Positions 25,586 through 32,990 of a stretch of 64,000 bases of DNA are shown here, piece by piece. Position numbers and translations under genes: made by a program. The notes beneath the pieces were generated by a model, which saw nothing but the letters and a program-made list of their open reading frames with translations, ran no database searches and was not told where the DNA came from. How positions within the stretch are numbered: the stretch's first letter is position 1; each line of letters opens with the position of its first letter. The DNA is from Alphaproteobacteria bacterium (GTDB lineage: Bacteria > Pseudomonadota > Alphaproteobacteria > MPNO01). Where the stretch lies: NCBI GenBank assembly GCA_964291675.2, contig OZ219865.1, positions 384,001-448,000 of the forward strand. Reading direction: 5' to 3'.

Positions 25586-27034
25586 ATGTCGGCCGAGCTG
25601 CTGACCGTCGAGGAGATGTCGCGCGCCGATGCGCTGGCGATCGCCGGCGGCACGCCGGGGGTCGAGCTGATGGAGGCGGCGGGCCGGGCGGTGGCCGACC
25701 GGATCTGCCTGCGCTGGGCGAGCCGGCCGACCGCGGTGCTCTGCGGCCCCGGCAACAACGGCGGCGACGGGTTCGTGATCGCGCGCCTGCTCGCCGGACG
25801 CGGCTGGCCGGTGCGGGTTGCGCTCTATGGCGACCGGGACCGGCTGAAGGGCGATGCGGCCGCCAATGCGGCGCGCTGGGACGGCGATGTCGAGGCGATG
25901 TCGGCGGACGCGGTGGACGGCGCCGAGCTCGTGGTCGATGCCATCTTCGGGGCCGGGCTCGCGCGCGAAGTCGACGGCGCGGCGCGCGCCGCGATCGCGG
26001 CCGTCGGCGATCGCCCGTGCGTCGCGGTCGACGTGCCGAGCGGTGTCGACGGCAACAGCGGCGCCATCCTGGGCGCGGCGCCCAAAGCCGCGATGACGGT
26101 TACCTTTTTTCGCAGGAAACCCGGTCATCTGCTTGTTCCAGCACGGTTTGTTATGGGCGAAGTCCATGTCGCCGATATCGGTATCCCGGACGCCGTGCTG
26201 GAAGAAATCCGTCCCGCCGCCTTCGCCAACGAGCCCGATCTGTGGTCGGGAGCGCTGCGCTGGCCGCGGCCGGACGACCACAAGTACAGCCGCGGCCACG
26301 CGGTGATTTCCGGCGGCAGCGAGATGACCGGCGCGGCCCGGCTCGCCGCTCGCGCGGCGATGCGGATCGGCGCGGGCATGGTGAGCGTGCTGTGCCGTCC
26401 GGAGGCGCGCATGATCTACGCCGCGGACCTGGTCGGGCCGCTGGTCGTGTCGTCGGACGATCCGCAGGCCTTCGCCGACTATCTCGCCGATCCGCGGCGC
26501 AGCGCCGTGCTGGTCGGGCCGGGGGCGGGCGTGTCGGAGGAGACGCGGGATCTCTCGATCCGCGCGCTCGCCACCGGCAAGCCGGCGGTGCTCGACGCGG
26601 ATGCGCTGACCGCGTTCGCCGAATCGCCTCAAACCCTGTTCCGGGCGATCGGCGGGACGCAGGCCGTGCTCACCCCGCATGAGGGCGAATTCGCCCGCCT
26701 CTTCGCTCTCGACGGCGACAAGCCGTCGCGGGCGCGCGCGGCGGCGGCGCGGAGCGGAGCCGTGGTGCTGCTGAAGGGCACCGACACGACGATCGCCGAT
26801 CCCGGCGGCCGCGTCGCGATTAACGCGAACGCGCCGCCCGAGCTCGCGACCGCGGGTGCGGGAGACGTGCTGGCCGGACTCGTCCTCGGGTTGCTCGCCC
26901 AGGGGCTGCCGCCCTTCGAGGCCGCCTGCGCGGCGGCCTGGATTCACGGCGAAGCGGCGTCGGCGTTCGGTCCCGGGCTGATCGCGGACGATCTGCCCGA
27001 CCTGGTTCCGCCGGTGCTGCGCCGCCTGCGATAG
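25586..27034 (+). CDS. nnr: Bifunctional NAD(P)H-hydrate epimerase/dehydratase
   Basis: LMEAAG, CGPGNNGGDG, TPHEGEF and ATAGAGDVLAG motifs. Confidence 0.93.
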   Translation: MSAELLTVEEMSRADALAIAGGTPGVELMEAAGRAVADRICLRWASRPTAVLCGPGNNGGDGFVIARLLAGRGWPVRVALYGDRDRLKGDAAANAARWDGDVEAMSADAVDGAELVVDAIFGAGLAREVDGAARAAIAAVGDRPCVAVDVPSGVDGNSGAILGAAPKAAMTVTFFRRKPGHLLVPARFVMGEVHVADIGIPDAVLEEIRPAAFANEPDLWSGALRWPRPDDHKYSRGHAVISGGSEMTGAARLAARAAMRIGAGMVSVLCRPEARMIYAADLVGPLVVSSDDPQAFADYLADPRRSAVLVGPGAGVSEETRDLSIRALATGKPAVLDADALTAFAESPQTLFRAIGGTQAVLTPHEGEFARLFALDGDKPSRARAAAARSGAVVLLKGTDTTIADPGGRVAINANAPPELATAGAGDVLAGLVLGLLAQGLPPFEAACAAAWIHGEAASAFGPGLIADDLPDLVPPVLRRLR

Positions 27035-27047
27035 CGGCGGGGACGCG

Positions 27048-27989
27048 CTACCGGGCTTCCACCGGCACGCGGTCGTCCTCGACGGCAGCCGCGCGCATCG
27101 CCTTCTGGATCTTCTCGAAGGCGCGCACCTCGATCTGCCGCACCCGCTCGCGCGATACCCCGAACTCCTGGCTCAGCTCCTCCAGCGTCAGCGGGGTCTC
27201 GGCGAGGCGCCGCATGGTGAGGATCCGCTTCTCCCGCGGGTTCAGGTGATCCATCGCGCCGCGCAGGAGGGCGCGGCGCCGCTGCAGCTCCTCGGCCTCG
27301 GCGAGCAGCGTTTCCTGCGAGTCCGAATCGTCGACCAGCCAGTCCATCCACTCGCCTTCGCCGTCCGCGCGAAGCGGCGCGTTGAGCGAGTTGTCCGGCG
27401 CCGCCATCCGGCGGTTCATCTGCACCACCTCGTCTTCCGAGACGTTGAGCCGGGTGGCGATCTCGGTCACCTTCTCGGGGTGCAGGTCGCCCTCCTCGAT
27501 CGCCTTGATCTCGCCCTTGATGCGCCGCAGGTTGAAGAACAGCTTCTTCTGGGCGGCGGTGGTGCCGATCTTCACCAGCGACCAGGAGTGCAGGATGTAT
27601 TCCTGGATCGCCGCGCGAATCCACCACATCGCATAGGTGGCGAGCCGGAACCCGCGGTCCGGGTCGAACCGCTTGACCGCCTGCATCATCCCGACATTGC
27701 CCTCCGAGATCAGCTCGCCCATCGGCAGCCCGTAGCCGCGATAGCCGGAGGCGATCTTGGCCACCAGCCGCAGATGGCTGGTCACCAGCCGGTGGGCCGC
27801 CTCGGTGTCGCCGTCCTCGCGCCAGCGCTTGGCCAGCATGAACTCCTCGTCCGCCTCCAGGATGGGGAATTTGCGGATATCCCGGAGATAGCGCGAGAGA
27901 TTGCTCTCGGGGTCGAGCTGCGGTGCCGCGGGAACCGCTGCCGTTCTCGCTGCCATCGACTTCTCCTCCTGGGGGCTGCCGCTGCTCAT
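27048..27989 (-). CDS. rpoH: RNA polymerase sigma factor RpoH
   Basis: RpoH box QKKLFFNLR and GFRLATYAMWWIRA; downstream of rluD (start may be 27956). Confidence 0.96.
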   Translation of the reverse strand: MSSGSPQEEKSMAARTAAVPAAPQLDPESNLSRYLRDIRKFPILEADEEFMLAKRWREDGDTEAAHRLVTSHLRLVAKIASGYRGYGLPMGELISEGNVGMMQAVKRFDPDRGFRLATYAMWWIRAAIQEYILHSWSLVKIGTTAAQKKLFFNLRRIKGEIKAIEEGDLHPEKVTEIATRLNVSEDEVVQMNRRMAAPDNSLNAPLRADGEGEWMDWLVDDSDSQETLLAEAEELQRRRALLRGAMDHLNPREKRILTMRRLAETPLTLEELSQEFGVSRERVRQIEVRAFEKIQKAMRAAAVEDDRVPVEAR

Positions 27990-28067
27990 GCCGCCACGCC
28001 TGTCAAACGGTGAAACGGGAACCCGCGACCCGGGGTCCGGAGGAGATATGGCGTGGCACGGGCCAAT

Positions 28068-29066
28068 TTACCACATCTCCTTCAGAGCGTTTTCCAATAG
28101 CCTGAGTTCATTCGGCAAATCGGTTTCGAACAGAAGCTCCTCGCCGCTGCCCGGATGGCGGAAGCCGAGCCGGTGGGCGTGCAGCGCGTGACGTTCGAGT
28201 CCCGCCACCGCGCCCGCTCCGCGCTCGCCCAGGGTGCGGCGCCGCGCGGCCGTCAGCCCGCCGCCATAGCTGGCGTCGCCGATCACCGGCAGTCCGCGGT
28301 GGGCGAGATGCACGCGTATCTGGTGGGTCCGCCCGGTGGCGAGCCTGCATTCGAGCCGGCTGGCGGCGGTGCCGAACCGCCGGACCAGGCGGTAGCGGGT
28401 CAGCGCCGCCCTGCCGCCGGTGGCGAGCACCGCCATCTTCTTGCGGTTGCGCGCGCTCCGCCCGATATTGCCGGCGATCTCGCCGGACGGCCGCGCCGGC
28501 GTGCCCCAGGCGAAGGCGGTGTAGGCGCGGGCGACGCTGCGCGCCTTGAACTGGGCGGCGAGCGAGGCATGGCTGCGGTCGTTCTTCGCCGCCACCATCA
28601 GGCCGCTGGTCGGCTTGTCGAGCCGGTGCACGATGCCGGGCCGGCGCACGCCGCCGATGCCCGACAGCGAGTCGCCGCAATGCGCGATCAGCGCGTTGAC
28701 CAGGGTGCCGTCGGGGTTTCCGGGGGCGGGGTGGACCACCAGCCCGGCCTGCTTGTCGACCACGATCACGTCATCGTCCTCGTACAGGACGGCGAGGGGA
28801 ATGCGCTCCCCCGCCGGCAGCGGGTCGGCAATCTCGGGAACGATTACGGCGAAAATTTGGCCCGGTTTGACCTTGTATGAGGGCTCTTCTATCGTCCCCG
28901 CCGCGCCCGGGAGCGTGACCGCCCCGCTCTCGATCAGCCGCTTGATCCTGGTCCGCGAGAGCCCGAGCGCGCCGGCGAGGACGCGGTCGAGCCGCCCGCC
29001 CGCGGATTCGGGCGTCGCGGTGACCGTACGGCAGTCGCCCGCCGGGCCTTCGCTGGGTGCCAACAT
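28068..29066 (-). CDS. rluD: RluA/RluD-family pseudouridine synthase with S4 domain
   Basis: RLDRVLA..LSRTRI, VVHPAPGN, GIVHRLDK and TGRTHQIRVH motifs; start uncertain. Confidence 0.9.
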   Translation of the reverse strand: MLAPSEGPAGDCRTVTATPESAGGRLDRVLAGALGLSRTRIKRLIESGAVTLPGAAGTIEEPSYKVKPGQIFAVIVPEIADPLPAGERIPLAVLYEDDDVIVVDKQAGLVVHPAPGNPDGTLVNALIAHCGDSLSGIGGVRRPGIVHRLDKPTSGLMVAAKNDRSHASLAAQFKARSVARAYTAFAWGTPARPSGEIAGNIGRSARNRKKMAVLATGGRAALTRYRLVRRFGTAASRLECRLATGRTHQIRVHLAHRGLPVIGDASYGGGLTAARRRTLGERGAGAVAGLERHALHAHRLGFRHPGSGEELLFETDLPNELRLLENALKEMW

Positions 29067-29088
29067 GGCGGGAGAGTGAGCACAATCC

Positions 29089-29370
29089 ATGCCGGCGCTC
29101 AAGGCTCTCGTGATCGGGATGGCGCTACTTATTGTCGCAGGGCTGGCGGTGGTCGCGGTCACCATCGCCAACCGGACGCTGGATGGCGGCGGCCCCACGG
29201 ATGCCGCTCTCGCGCTGCCGCGGGGCGCCGAGATCCTCGAGACCGCGCTCGACGGCGGGCGCATCGCGCTCCGCCTGCGGCTCGCCGACGGCAGCACGGC
29301 GATCCACGTCTACGACCTCGATACCGGAGAGCGCGCGGCGGTCGCCCGGATCGAGCCCGGCGGCGGCTAA
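29089..29370 (+). CDS. Small membrane-anchored hypothetical protein
   Basis: LKALVIGMALLIVAGL TM, then LPRGAEI..; divergent from rluD as often seen in alphaproteobacteria. Confidence 0.7.
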   Translation: MPALKALVIGMALLIVAGLAVVAVTIANRTLDGGGPTDAALALPRGAEILETALDGGRIALRLRLADGSTAIHVYDLDTGERAAVARIEPGGG

Positions 29371-29417
29371 CCCGGCTTGATCCGCGCCGCAGAACCCGGT
29401 ATCCATGTGTCCGCGGC

Positions 29418-29493
29418 GTCCCCTTCGTCTAGTGGCCTAGGACATCGGCCTCTCACGCCGAAAACAGGGGTTCGAGTCCCCTAGGGGACGCCA
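29418..29493 (+). tRNA. tRNA-Glu(CUC)
   Basis: GTCCCCT/AGGGGAC acceptor, TCGGC-ctCTCac-GCCGA anticodon arm, GGTTCGAGTCC, CCA; upstream TTGATC-N17-TATCCA. Confidence 0.97.
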
Positions 29494-29744
29494 GCTTTTT
29501 TCCTAATTCCTTGAAAATATAGATTCTTTCGAGACGTCCGACAGTGTACCCCACATTCTGTCTGCCCCGTCGCGTAACCCATTGAACTGCATGGAATCAG
29601 GCGGGATGGTGTGGGGAATTGGGGTTTGCTTTAGCGACGAGCGCGACCGGGCGCCGGTCATGCGGGAAGCGGCCTGCCCGGTCGACCATCTGAATGCGAG
29701 GCTCGCGGCGCTCGGGAACGGCGCCGCACATCGGGGAGAATGAC

Positions 29745-30047
29745 ATGCGGATGATCGTTACTGCGGCCCTCGCCGTGATCCTCACCGCCGGCGCGGCTGG
29801 CGCGTGCGAGGTCGAAGACTGGCGGTGGGAGTACACGGCGATCATGAACGCGCTCCAAATCGAGGGCGTGACCACCTGCGCCAAGGGCGAGATGTCCGTC
29901 CGCATTTACGAAGCAGAAGGGGAGAAGCTCAAGTTCCTAGCCGTCGATAACGCCTATGTCGAGCGGCACATATTCCAGTCAATGGTTACCGGCATCGCGC
30001 GGAAACCCGCCAAGCTGACTATCAAGTACACCATCGACGCGGAATAG
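29745..30047 (+). CDS. Secreted hypothetical protein (100 aa)
   Basis: GGGGAG RBS; signal peptide MRMIVTAALAVILTAGAAGA; two Cys; beta-rich pattern. Confidence 0.65.
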   Translation: MRMIVTAALAVILTAGAAGACEVEDWRWEYTAIMNALQIEGVTTCAKGEMSVRIYEAEGEKLKFLAVDNAYVERHIFQSMVTGIARKPAKLTIKYTIDAE

Positions 30048-30132
30048 GCAGGTCGCGGCGTTCGGGAATGACGCCACCCAACCGGGAGGCGGCTGCCGCA
30101 CCGCTCGCGCTCGGGGAACATAGCCCGAGACA

Positions 30133-30493
30133 TGGAGCGGGCTCCTGGTGCCGGACAGGTGGATTGAAATGATTTGACCGGTGCGCCGGGCATTCGAAGG
30201 ATCGACGCCCATGGCAAAGCACCGCACCCACAGCATCGCCTTCAAGCGCCAGGTCGTTGAGGAGTATCTCGCCGGCGAGACGCTCCACGGTTTGGCCCGC
30301 CGTCCCGACCTGTTCCGCACCCCGATCCGGATCTGGGTGGACAAGTACGAGACTGGCGCCTTCCACGAGGAGGCCGAGGCGGCCGGCATGATCCAGGAAT
30401 ACGAGGCCCGGATCGCCGCGCTAGAACGCCCAGTCGGCCCGCCGCTGGGTCGATCGGAGCACCGGGCGCGAAGTAAGCTGTCCGTCGCCCACA
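30133..30493 (+). mobile_element. Degenerate IS3-family element (orfA fragment, orfB missing)
   Basis: From ATG 30211, MAKHRTHSIAFKRQVVEEYLAGETLHGLARR...YEARIAALER resembles IS3 OrfA; similarity lost after ~30440; TG-starting IR-like end containing CGGACAG, with a partial complement CTGTCCG at ~30478. Confidence 0.75.
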
Positions 30494-30568
30494 ACCGCCG
30501 CCGCACCAAGCGGCCCGCCGATCAGGGAATCGTCGACCGCCGTTCCCACGCCATAGCCGCGCCGACCT

Positions 30569-31285
30569 CTACAGCTCGCGCAGCAGGCGGCCGTAGCCGT
30601 CGATGCGGTCGTCGATGCCGCAGCGGCGCAGCGACTCCCACACGATGGCCTGGATGGCGGCGATCACGGTGATGCCGAATCGCCGCTCCAGCGGTTCGAT
30701 GAGGTCGATCACGCCCCAATGCGGTGCGGGGATGTAGAGCGTGTCGGCGTCGGGGCGGGAGCGGCACAGCGCTTCGGCGAGCCCGGCGATCTCGTTCCGC
30801 GGCATGGTGGCGAGCTCGGCCACGGTCTTCCCGGCGCCGCGCGACTCCAGCAGGTCGAAGCCGCAATCGGCGAGGTAGCCCGCGTCGAACCCGCCCGGCT
30901 CGGCGAAGGGGTGGAGCAGGACCAGCTTGTCCGCGCCCGCGGCCCGCAGCGCGTTGACCTGGGCGGTGAGGCTGGACGTCACCGGAACGCCGATCTCCGC
31001 CTCGGTCCGGCGCATCGCCTCGGCGAGCCCGTCACGGCCCATCGACAGGTTGATCGGCACGCCGCCGAACACCACGATGTCGACCCCGGCGCCCCCCATC
31101 TCGCGGGCCGCCTCCAGGGTCATCTCGACGCTGCGCGCGGTCTCTTCGGCCGTGAGCCGCTTGATGGCGAGCGTGGTGAGCACCAGCGTCACGCCTTGCG
31201 GGACCATCCTGTAGAACTCGTAGGGAAAGGTCTCGGTCAGGAAGGGCGGCGAGGTGTAGCCGATCCGGGCGCGGTAGCCGTACAT
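30569..31285 (-). CDS. Maleate isomerase / arylmalonate decarboxylase / Asp-Glu racemase superfamily protein
   Basis: YGYRARIG, GVPVTSS..A...AL, LERRFG..VI and GYGRLL motifs; GGGGAGG RBS. Confidence 0.8.
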   Translation of the reverse strand: MYGYRARIGYTSPPFLTETFPYEFYRMVPQGVTLVLTTLAIKRLTAEETARSVEMTLEAAREMGGAGVDIVVFGGVPINLSMGRDGLAEAMRRTEAEIGVPVTSSLTAQVNALRAAGADKLVLLHPFAEPGGFDAGYLADCGFDLLESRGAGKTVAELATMPRNEIAGLAEALCRSRPDADTLYIPAPHWGVIDLIEPLERRFGITVIAAIQAIVWESLRRCGIDDRIDGYGRLLREL

Positions 31286-31302
31286 GGGGCCTCCCCGGCG
31301 GG

Positions 31303-32313
31303 TCAGGCCGCGTCGAGGCGGAGCAGCGCGCGGGCGTTGGTCTCGTAAATGCGCCTGCGCGCCGCCGCATCGATGTCGAGCGCATCGACCGCATCGATGG
31401 TGCCGCCGATGAACAGCGCCCCGCCCTCCGGGTCGAACGGGGCGTCGGTCGCGAACAGGCTGCGTCCGGCGCCGAAGAATTCGTAGCCGCACACGGTTGC
31501 CGGGCGCGAGCCGTTGAGCGCCGTGTCGCCATACAGCATGCGGTAATAGTCGATGGGCTGCTTGTCGAGCCCGGCGCGGGCGGCGAGCGGATTGTCGCCG
31601 ATCCCGCCCTCGAAGAGCTGCTCGAAGCCGATGGCGATCTTCTCCGCGAAGAACGGGATCATGCCGCCCATGTGGTGGGTGACGATCTTGAGGCCGGGCA
31701 GGGCGTCGAACAGGCCGGAGAAGATCAGCCGCGCCATGCAGGCGCTGGTCTCGTAGGGCCAGCCGAAGGTGAACCAGATCTCGTGCTCGGAAAACTCCTC
31801 GCTCACGTAGTCGGGGTGGTTGGGCCCGCGGATCGGATGCACCCAGACCGGCAGGTCGTGCCCCGCCAGGCATTCGAACAGGGGGCGGAACGGGGCGGCG
31901 CTGAGCGGCCGGCCCAATACGTTGGTGAAGACCTGCACGCCGCGCGCGCCGAGCTCGCCGATCGCGCGCTCGGCTTCGGCCACCGCGCCGTCCGGGTCGT
32001 TCAGCGCGACCGAAGCGGTGAAGGCGGGGAAGCGGTCGGGGTAGCGGTCGCAGAGTTCTGCCATGCCGTCATTGGCGATGCGCGCGAGCTCGGCGCTTTC
32101 CGCCGGGGTGCCGAGCGCCTCGAGCGGCGGGTTGGCGAGCGACAGCACCTGACAGTAGTCCGCGAAGCCGTCCATCATGCGCAGCCGCGCCTCGACATCG
32201 GTCAGCGTCGGCAGCAGCGGATAGCGGCCCAGCATCCGCTTGTCCGGGATGACCGCCTTCAGCCTCTCGAAATAGGCGGCGGGCAGGATGTGGTTGAAGA
32301 CGTCGAGTTTCAT
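31303..32313 (-). CDS. Amidohydrolase_2 family protein (ACMSD/decarboxylase-like)
   Basis: DVFNHILP, WVHP, FGWPYET, THHMGG and FATDAPFD motifs. Confidence 0.88.
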   Translation of the reverse strand: MKLDVFNHILPAAYFERLKAVIPDKRMLGRYPLLPTLTDVEARLRMMDGFADYCQVLSLANPPLEALGTPAESAELARIANDGMAELCDRYPDRFPAFTASVALNDPDGAVAEAERAIGELGARGVQVFTNVLGRPLSAAPFRPLFECLAGHDLPVWVHPIRGPNHPDYVSEEFSEHEIWFTFGWPYETSACMARLIFSGLFDALPGLKIVTHHMGGMIPFFAEKIAIGFEQLFEGGIGDNPLAARAGLDKQPIDYYRMLYGDTALNGSRPATVCGYEFFGAGRSLFATDAPFDPEGGALFIGGTIDAVDALDIDAAARRRIYETNARALLRLDAA

Positions 32314-32404
32314 CGCTTGTCGTCCGGCACGCTTTTCCCATCGGCGCCCGCATTGTAGCGTTGCGCCGCGACCGCCGCTGCCCGAACGACCGGGAGGCTC
32401 CGCC

Positions 32405-32983
32405 ATGGCCGGCTACACCGTCCCCGCCTTCGCGCGCTTCATCGACGATTTGCGCGCCCATTTCGCTAACGACCTGCCGGAACGGGAGCGCTGGCGCGGC
32501 GTGAGGGACCTGCTCGGAATTCTCGTCGCCGACCCGCAGATGCGCGCGGCCTCGCGCGGCTGGACCGCGAAGAAGGGGCGCGAATACGTGCTCCACCACG
32601 ACCCGGATCACGGCTTTTTCGTCGGCGCGCTGGTGCGCGAGCCCGGCCACCGCGCCTTCATCCACGACCACGCCCACACATGGACGGTCTATGGCGTGCT
32701 CGACGGGGCCGAGATCACCCATGTCTACCAGCGCACCGACGACGGCGGCACGCCCGGCAAGGCGACGCTGGAGCTGATCGACAGGCACGATGCGCCGACC
32801 GGCCATGTCGACCTGATCGGCCCCTGGGTGCCGCATTCCGAATGGGGCGCGTCCGACCGCTCGGTGGCGATCACGGTGCGCAGCGACCGCCCCGGCGGCT
32901 ACAGCCAGAACCGCTTCTTCCCCGGGACCGGCAGCACCGACAACACCCATCGCGGGCTGGTGCTGGTGCCGCTCGCGGTCTGA
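32405..32983 (+). CDS. Cysteine-dioxygenase-like cupin
   Basis: IHDHAHTWTVYGVLDGAE..Y.RTDDG and PHSE (3-His metal site); GGGAGG RBS. Confidence 0.78.
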   Translation: MAGYTVPAFARFIDDLRAHFANDLPERERWRGVRDLLGILVADPQMRAASRGWTAKKGREYVLHHDPDHGFFVGALVREPGHRAFIHDHAHTWTVYGVLDGAEITHVYQRTDDGGTPGKATLELIDRHDAPTGHVDLIGPWVPHSEWGASDRSVAITVRSDRPGGYSQNRFFPGTGSTDNTHRGLVLVPLAV

Positions 32984-32990
32984 GCGGCGC

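Noticed and set aside
22924-25758. Very long ORFs antisense or out of frame to real genes (e.g. 944 aa here, 978 aa at 47406-50342, 810 aa at 9516-11948, 877 aa at 53164-55797)
   Set aside because: Shadow ORFs expected in high-GC DNA; Arg/Pro/Gly-rich with no motifs, and overlapping well-supported genes
28600-28640. HRLDKPTSG instead of the usual HRLDKDTSG in the pseudouridine synthase
   Set aside because: The catalytic Asp of HRLD is intact; the neighbouring position varies within the family
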